Notes under the pieces: model-generated
What the model was told of the DNA's origin: nothing
Databases searched by the model: none
What the model saw: the letters and a program-made list of their open reading frames with translations, nothing else
Source of the DNA: an uncultured virus (IMG/VR IMGVR_UViG_3300013232_000003)
Lineage: Duplodnaviria > Heunggongvirae > Uroviricota > Caudoviricetes
Reading direction: 5' to 3' (one strand)
Length of the DNA stretch: 58,546 nt
Virus record (IMG/VR): IMGVR_UViG_3300013232_000003
Span: 62,001 to 120,546 of that record
Program-made: the position numbers and the translations under genes
In this document: positions 46,801 through 55,800 of the stretch, in pieces
How positions within the stretch are numbered: position 1 is the first letter of the stretch
Layout of the letters: each line of letters opens with the position of its first letter

Positions 46801-49800
46801 CTGCGGCCTTCGCGGTCTGGGAGTTGGATACCCCGAGAGAAGAATTGAAATCGATTTGACTTCTATTGCGGCGGGTATCGCTAGTTTCCCGCATCTTGTC
46901 TTCGCGGTAGCGCTTGGCGATAGTGGTTCCCTTAGTGCCGCCGGAGATATCAACTCCTTCTTCGTTCAATCCAGCCTTGTCCAACCCGGACGTTTTTGAA
47001 ATACGTTCCCATCGTGCCTCGATCGAGGCACTGATGGCGTCGAGCTGGCTAAGGTACCCAATGTTGATCCTCTGTCGCTCCGCCACAGCGTCCATCGCGG
47101 CCTTCATTGCGTTCGCGTACATCCGGGACGTGCTGGCGATGTCCTCTTCAACGTCTTTCGTACCCGTGAGCAGTTCACGCAGTTTGTCGTAACCGGTAGG
47201 GTCTTTCTTCGCCCGCTCAGCATTCTCGTCTTGGTACTTCTTTTTGCGTTTGAAGTACTCATCCTGCCCGGCGATCGTGTCCTGCTGGTCCTTGCTCAAA
47301 TTCTTCCAGCTATCCTCACCAAACTTGTGAACGATCTTGATGAGTTCGGCTTGTTTGGCTTGGAGCGCAAGAGCAGACTTTGCAGCCCCCGAAAAATCCC
47401 CAGCCTCTGACAGCTTCCGGTATTCCTCTTGGAGTTCCCGAATCTCCCCTCGTAGGAGTGGGATCTTCTCGAACTCTGGCATGTCAGACGGAGTATTGAG
47501 GTCCTCGAGCACGTCGCGGTTCTTACGCTGCTGCTCGATGAATTCGGATTGCAGCTTGTTGAACTCCGTGTGCATTGCCTGCTGATCGGAAAGAGCTTCC
47601 TGGCGAAGAGTCTTGACGTTCTTTCTAACTTCGTCGAGCGCGATCCCGTAGGCCTGTGCAATCCTCTCTGGCTTCAATTCGTCAGGGATGGTCTCCTTAT
47701 TCAGTAGGAGCTTGTCCGCGTAGGCCTTTACCTTGTCCAGGTTGCCAAGTACTTCCGTGTAGTAGGTCTTAATCAGGCCAAGCTTCTTCTGCGTGCCAGA
47801 TTGCAGAATCTGCACCTCAGCGTTTTGATTGACGTCGAAGTTCACGAAGCCCATTCGAAGTTCGGCAGAGTACTTGGACTGAATCTCGGACAGCGTCTGG
47901 TAGTACTCCCGCATCCGATTGGCCGCTTGCTTCGTGGTCTCCCCGATATAAGCACCGAGCCTACGGCGTTCGGCCTCGGAGTCTGTCAGCGAAGCGGGAA
48001 GAGCTCCCCACTTCATGTTGCTCAGCTTGCGTTGAGCATCAACCACGGCTTGCTGCCGCCTCCTCAGACCTTCCCAATACGACCAAGTTTTTGGCTTGGC
48101 CTCGTCTACTTTGGTTACCATAGTGCTCAAAGTAGACTCGTACTTGGAAAGCTCCCACGTGAGCTTGGACACCTCATCGCTCTGTGCCCGGTACTCAGCA
48201 GACCCCATAAGGTCGAACAAGGACTTCTGAAGATCGGTGTTCTTGCTGACCATTCGGTCGCCCATCATGAACAACATGCCGTTTCTCTGAACTTCTTTCT
48301 GGAAGGCGTTTACCTTCCAGACTTCAGTGGAGTTCAGTAGCTGAGCCATGCTGGCGTACGAACTACGGTAGGCTTCGACCGCGTCCCTGGACAGGTAGAA
48401 CTCATTGAGCGACCGCTGTTGAGCAGCCACCATCTCCTGACCCCAAGTCTTCACGGCCTGAGAAACATCGGACAAGTCATCGGCGAGCAGCCCAGCGATC
48501 CCGGCAATGCCTTCCTTCTTGTTACCAACAGTCTCATCCAAGTATCGGATCAGATCGTCGATGTTGACCTTGTCTCGGCGAAGCTCGGTGTACCCATACA
48601 TGCGGATGGTTTTTACATGGGCCTCGATAGATGCAAAGTTATCCTGTAGCAGCTTCTTGACCCGATCCAACTCCTCTTGGATTTCCGCTCGATTTCCAAA
48701 AAGCCCGAACGACGCGGTGTTGAACCCAAGCTTGGTCTCCAGTTCTCGTTGGAGAATGAAGAGCTTCTGGTTCCGGAAGGACATGATCTTAACTTCTTCA
48801 AGGGCCAGTTCCTTGACCCTCTCTACCCGCTGTTCTCCAGACAGTTTGGCAGAACCTTCGACGGCATCGATCTCCTTGGACATTCCACGGATAACAGAAG
48901 ACATGTCGAAGAACTTCGGGGGCTTGGCAATTTCTTCCTTGAGACCGGCCAGAGCCATTTCGGCGTCTTCGACAACCGTGGTGTATTCTTCCCATGCCTT
49001 GTACGCAGTGTATCCAGCTACCGCGGCGACGGCCACCCCGATAACCCCGATGGCAGCAGACACCCCTTGTAGAGTAAGCACCAGAGCCTCAGCAGTAACC
49101 CCCATCTTGCCCAACAGGCCCACGAATCCGGTGCCTGAGGCCATGGCCGTGGTGATGTACGTGTGCATGGAGGCCATCTGAGTGCCGACAAGCTTTGCGG
49201 CAGTGTTGCCGTTGGCCATGTGAAGAGACAACAGCTTGAATCCTTCAGCCCCGCCAGCGGCTGCAACACCAACCCATCTGAGACCAGTGATCAAGGACTT
49301 GATGGCCCCAAAGCCCGCCCCGACAGAAATAGTGGCAGAGGTCAACAGAGAGAGACCGCTGGCAATACCCGAAACCGCGAAGCTCGTAGTAGCAATTGCT
49401 GTGGACAGAAGGCCCATGGCAGCGGCGGTCTTCAGCCCTGTTGCGAGGAAAGTCTCCGTAAGTTCATTGCCCCCGCGGACCAAGTCCGCGAGTATCTGCA
49501 ACGCACTGGTTCCATACTGGATGAGCTCCTTCAACCCACCAGTTGTACGTTCACCGATGGCGACGTTCAAAGCGGTGAAGGAGTTCTTCAGCTTGGCCAG
49601 AGAACCTTCCAGGCTTTCGGTGCGGGTTTTGGCAACGAGCTGATCCTTTCCGTACTCCTCGGTCTTGTCCATCAAGTCAGTGATGGCGTCCTTGTTATTA
49701 CGGAGCATCTCGAACAGCGCGGCCGCGCCAGCTCCAGCCCGTTGCTGGAAAAGCTGCATGAACTCCTTGGACACTTCTACTTTGGTAGACCCGCGCAGAG

Positions 49801-52800
49801 CCCCTTGAAGTTGTCGGAGTACCTCGATCACGCCGACAAAATTTCCTTCGGCGTCGGAAATCTGTACGTTGAGGCTTCTGAGAACTTCTTCCTCTCTACG
49901 AGTAGGATTGACCAACGCCGTCAACATCCTGCGGAGCGTAGTACCGGCCATCGAGTTCTTGATGCCTGCGTTGGACAGCAAACCAAGAGCGACGGTGGTC
50001 TCTTCCAAGGACATCCCAAGGTTTGCGGCGATGGGACCGACGTACTTCAACGCCTCGGCCATGCCCTTCACTTCGGCAGAGGTGGCGATAGCCGTCGTGG
50101 TGATGACGTTGGTGATCCGTCCCATCTGTTCGGCTTCCAGCCCGAACTGACGCATCGTGGTAACTGCGGTGTTGGCCGCGTCGGCAAGCTTCATCTCCCC
50201 AGCAGCGGCCATATCCATGATGCGGGGAGTAGCCGAGATGACCTCGTTTACTTGCAAACCAGCGTGTGCAAGAACTTTCTGGGTCTCTGCAATGGAGGTG
50301 ACATCGTAGATGGACGTCTGGCTCAACGCAGCCGACTCATCCGCGAGCCGCTTCATGTTCTCCATCTCACGGGTTGCCCCAGCGGTCGTCGCATTGGTCT
50401 CAGCCAACGCGCCCTTCAACAGGGCCATCTGCTTTTCGTACATGGTGGAGTAGTGAACCACCGAGTAGACAATGCCCATCAATGCCGCGCCCTGCATCTG
50501 CAACTGCATGGCGGTATGGCTCAACTGATAGGAGAAGGACATCAGGCTGCGGGACATTGCCTGAATCGGCCCGTGGTACTGCTTGATCGCGGCGAGTTGA
50601 GCGTCCAGGTTCCTGTTGTATGCGGCCTGCATAGGAGCAATAGAGGACTCCGCCCGGGCCTGTGCCTCGCTCACCTTCTTTGAAGACATGATTCTGGCAA
50701 CGTCGTTCTTTACCGCCAGATCCATTCTCTCCTTCTCAAGACGGACCCGTTCGGTGTGGTACTCAACGTCGTTTCCAAGAACCGTCCGCATGGCCTTACG
50801 GGCAGTCTCAGCCTGACTGACGAAGTCGCCCTCGATCGCTGCGCGAGTCTTACCTGACAACCCCTGGAGGAAGTTGAAGGAGTTAGCCGCGTGGTCGCGG
50901 ATGGCCTTCATGCTCTGTTCGATTTCCGGGGTCATTCCACTAAGAGAGGCCGCGGACTGAAGACCACGCATCTGCGTGAGGTAGGCCTCGCGTAGCTGAA
51001 CCTTTGAGGTACCGATAAAGTCGTTGAGGGCCTTGACCTCCGGGGCGAACATCCGGCTTTCGCCGCGTCTGCTTTCCTCCATGATCGCGTTGAGCTCTTT
51101 GCCCATGCGACCGCCGAGAGTCCTCATCGTTTCGGAGGACATCCTCGAGAGCTCTGCCATCTGCTCGCCAAAGTTCTTGGTGAGCAAAGACATGTCCATT
51201 CCGGGCACTGCCTTCTGCTCCGCGAACTGTTTGCGGAGCAGGTCTCCCATATCCCGGGTCTTCACAACGAAGTCGGCAGTTTCTTTCTGGAGGTTGACGG
51301 TATCGATAGTCCGACGCTTTGCCCAGTACTCTCCATACTCGTCCAGTTGGCGGTTCATCACCAAATTGCTGAGGGCCAGTTGGGTTTTGGCCGTGGCGGC
51401 GTTTTCCCTTTCGGTGATGCTGGCAGCGTCCCGAGCAGCTTCTTCGGCAGCGTCCCGTTTGGCCCTGTTGACCGTAGCGTAGGAAGCCTTCCACGAACCA
51501 CCCGGCTGCATCGCGGCTTCCGCGGTGTACTGGCTGAGCAGGGTCTCTTCCTTGATCCCTACAAGAGCGGCCGCGTTGCGCTTCTCCTGCGCCAGGGTGA
51601 TGGAACGAACCTCTTCCCCGTGTTTCTTGATAGCCTCAAGCTCATCGGCGTGTGACGTCTCTCGCGCATCGAACCGCTTCTTGAATCCGGTCAAGAACTC
51701 GTCGGTGATCGCAGAGACGCTCTTTCGCTCTCCACCGTACTCGGCCTTGGAGATGTCCGCTGCGAGGCGTTCCTCAGCGCTGCGACGGATTCTTGCTTCC
51801 ATCTTGGCCAAGCCTTCGGTGCCCAAGACTTGTGCAAGAGTATCCGCGGGATCTTCACCTCGTGCTCTCCGCAGTACGTTCTGGGAGTCGAGGATTTTCT
51901 TGGAGTAGTCAGAGATGTACTTGGCCAGGATATCCCCAGCCTCACTTTTCCCAGTAACCTCTCGGAGCTTGCGCTCAGAAGCAGCAATAGCCTCCGCGTA
52001 GGCCGAAGTGCTGTCGGTGAGCATCTCTCTAGGCGCGGAAAGAGCCCTGGACTTCTCCGCGGCGGTTCTGACCATAAGGTCAGTCTCTTGAGTGATCAAC
52101 CGAATGGATGCTTTAGCCGCCTCGATGGCCGCGTCGGCAAACTGCGGTTGCCTCAACCTAGCGCTGACGTCATCCCTGCGACCAATTTCAGCCGCCAGTT
52201 CAATCCGGGCCTTGCGAATTGCCGAGAACGGGCCACCCTCCGCCGTGATCTGCCTAACAGCAGTGTCGAGAGCGTTTTGCAGACGTTTCTGCACATCCGG
52301 GGCTACGTCTATACGATCCTTGTCCGTGAGCCCCAAGGTGTTGTTGATTATGTCCGACACCCGCGGGGCAATTGGAGCCCTACCTTCTTCCGCTGCCGCT
52401 CGCATCTCGATCTCAAGATCTCCGCGCAGCTTCTTCATCATCACATGGATGGCCTTGGAAGAATCTACACCGGAGGGGTCTAAATTGGACGCCAACTTTT
52501 CAAACTCAACCCGGGTCGCATGGAGCTTTTCGGCAGTGACCTTCCACTTCTTGTACAGGATATTCCTGTTCGTCAGAGTGTCTTCAACGTCCGCTTGCAG
52601 CTCACCGTATGCTCTCTGGAGTTCAGGATTTCCGGTCAGTTTCTGGTCGATGGCCAAAAACCTCTGTTCACGAAGAGTCCCTACTTTTTCACGGTAGTCC
52701 GCTAGTTCGTCCTTCGTGCGTTGTGCATCCTTTACAAGAGCGTCTAGCTCCAACTTGCCCTTGACAGTTGTAGTGGATTTTGGAGGAGTCTTCTTACCCT

Positions 52801-55800
52801 CCGCAGGCCGCATATAGTCCGCGATCTTGGCCGCGAGTACTTCAGCATGAGCCTGTTTATCCCTAATCAACTTTTCCAGATCTTGAACTTGAGTTCCAAA
52901 CTTCTTAGCAGCAAACATCTCTAGACGACTGAGAGCCTGGGTGTACTGGGCATCCGCGGCCTCGAACCGGGCCGAACGATCAGCTTCCAGCAGTGCCGTT
53001 CTGGTGAGACCTCTTCCCAACGCGGCGAACTTTCCAAGCACGCCAGACTGTTTGGCAGCAAGGTTATCCATACCGGTCTTCATCTGCCGTTCAAGATCAG
53101 CGATCAGTTCCTTGCGGGCATCCACGACGCCAGCGAACAGCCCCGATATGGCGCTTGCTGCGGATTGCTGGCTGAAGATGGTCTTGTTGAGATAGGCCGT
53201 AGCCGCCTTTGCCGTGGGGAAGACTTGCGGAAACGCATCGGCGATGTGCCTCATATACGTAGAGGAGACGCGGTCCATCTCCCCACTTGGAAGCTTCGCG
53301 ATCTGCCCTTCCAGCTTTACCTTCCCGGCAAGTATCTCCTGCTCGACCTTCTCGATGAGAGCTGAATACGGTCCCATCGACGCGCCAAGGATGCGGGCCA
53401 CTTCCCTTGTGGAAGAATTACGGCTGGCCTCTTCAACAGCGGCGCGGATCTTTGCCACTGCTTCCGGGGTAGAAGCTCCGGAACTCTTGATGCGCTGAGA
53501 GATCGTCTCCTCGACGTTCTTACGAAGAACCTCGTTCTTCTCGAAAGCATCAACCATTGTCTCCCGGAACTTGGTGAACCCTGCGGTTGTCCCAAAGCCA
53601 GCTACCGCCGTTCTGGCCTGATCAACAGTGACGCCCTGTTGGGCAGCAAACCGTTCTCCCTCCGCTTTAACACGGGCCGCAAATTGGGCACCGGTCAGTG
53701 CATTCTCAGTTGGTACCTTCAACGCGGCAATGATGCTGTCGTACTGCCCGAGAGCCAGCTTCATCCGGAGGGTCATCTGCATCTGTTGTTCAGGAGTCAA
53801 CACGAGCTTTGGCTCGGCCGCTTGCGGCTTCAACGCCTTCTGGAAGTTGGCACGTGTAGCCGCCGTCAAGTCTTTGATTTCCTTCTCTAGACGGAAGAAC
53901 TCCGCGTTGCCCGCTCCGATCTCCATCTCGAACTTGCGCCATGAGGCTCGGGCTTCGGACACAATGGGTCCGAGCTTCGCTTTCCCCATGGACTCACGGA
54001 GAGCTCTGGCTTCATCTGATAGAAATCCACCGAACTGACGGTGCTGGAGGATGTCTTTCACCAACCCAACTTCTTTAGCAGGAACGGCGGCGTCAGAGAG
54101 TATCTTTTTCATCCGCGCAAGATGAGCTTGATATGCGGCAGAATTCGACTTGACTTCTTTTTCTACAATCGCTTCCCGCTCTTTGAAAAGAGAGCTTCGC
54201 TTCTCCAAGCTCTCCTTTGGCCACACATCCCCAGAGGGTGCCTTCTGAGGAGCCAACGACTTCCTGAGCTCCGCAAACGCTTCCTTCTCCTTGCCCTGAA
54301 ACAAGTGTCGGAGTTCTTCCCGGGCGGAGGTAATGTCATAGAGTTTGGACACGGCGTCGGCGGCGGCTTTTTCATCCGCAGTCATCAAGGACCGTATACT
54401 CCGTAATATCCTCTGTGCATCCGCGGGGTCTATCCCACCCTCTGGGGTAAGCTTGGCTCCGATCAACGATCCAGCATCCATCGCCTTCATGTATGCGGTG
54501 TATTCTGGTCCTCCTTGCATGGAGTCCAAGCGTGCCCGAAGTCGGAGGTATTCCGGGTCCGTACTTGCAGTCTGGTGCATGGGTCGAGACTGACCAGGGC
54601 CTCCCATGAAGTCATCCATGGCCTTTACGGCAGCTCTATAAGAATTGGCCAAAGAGCGTTCTTGGGGTGCCAGTTCCTCAAAAGCCTTTTCTACGGACAG
54701 CGCTTCAATTCTCCGTAGCGCAGCCCCGGTTCTTCCCTTTCCGGCCAGCTTTTGCAACTGGACTAACTCGCGGGAGGTCTCGGCATCGGGAAAGAGGTAC
54801 TTCCCATAGGAGTCCATCAACTTGACGAGCTTCTTCACAGGATCGACACGAGCCCGGTCACGTGTCAATCTTTCCCCAACTTCAGCCCCGGGCACCGGAG
54901 TCCCAGCAGCCGAAGGTATTGAGAACTTCCTCAACATCGCCTCGGCCCAAGCAGGACTACCAACCACATTGGCCTTCAACTGGAAATCAGTCTCTTGAGG
55001 CAGCGAAGAAGGAGCTGACATGGCAGAACGCAGCTCGTCCATCATGCCCTTCAACTGCTTCTGTCCAGGCCCACCGCCAAACGCCTTCTTCAGTCCAGTA
55101 GCCCAGTCCTTTGCGAACTTGTCACGGGATTTCTCAAGCTCATCCAGATCACGACGGCTATCAACGATCGAGGTTTGTCCCGCCCTGAGAAGCTCCCTGA
55201 GGTCGTTGAACTGTCCCATCTCCTTCTTGAAGGCGGTGGTCAACACTTGTGGGAGTGCGTTGAACTCTGATTTAAGCAGAGCCGCAGCTCTTGCTTCTAT
55301 CGCCGCGTCAAATGCCGTTTTAGCAGCTTTGTTCTTGGCTTCCAGCTCTGTTACCTTGGCCGCAGAACTAGCCAGCATGTTGGTCATTTCCTGTTGGGAA
55401 TCGACCAGCAGTTGGGTCCGAGTAGCGACACTTTCGTTGCGGATCTTCTGTGCTTGAATGAAGGCTTGATCAATGGTGTCATCCCCGGTCATCCCGGAAA
55501 TGACTTCTCGAGTTCCACGACGAGCGCTGTTTATATCTTTGAAAAGACCGCGGATGACAGCCTCATTGGCTTTGTTGGAACGAACCGACTGGCGGGCCAG
55601 TTCGAACGCTTCTTCATCAGCGGCCTTACTGCGAGCAAATTCAGAAAGACGGTTTTGCAGTAATGTGCGCCCGACCATACGGCGCTGGTTCATTACATAT
55701 TCTGCATCCAGTTTGGTAGTGGATTCCACTACTGCCTTGGACATGGTGCTCTTGTGCTTCTCCCAAGCGTCTTCTATGGCAGCATCAATGGCTGATTCAC

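Larger units (their letters stand above)
1403..46859. repeat. dispersed 14-bp quasi-palindromic motif TGAAATCGATT(TCA/GGA), ~20 copies
   Basis: Exact TGAAATCGATT at 1403, 3905, 7320, 11025, 15187, 19650, 26802, 30493, 34341, 42908, 46846; variants at 5911, 9447, 16222, 28168, 41119 (+) and 13049, 22285, 38670, 44969 (-). Confidence 0.9.

Noticed and set aside
44144..50683. Long + strand ORFs (464 aa at 44144, 506 aa at 49163 and others) opposite the tape measure gene
   Set aside because: Antisense shadows of a GC3-rich gene, with no motifs or RBS; the same applies to most antisense ORFs in the track.
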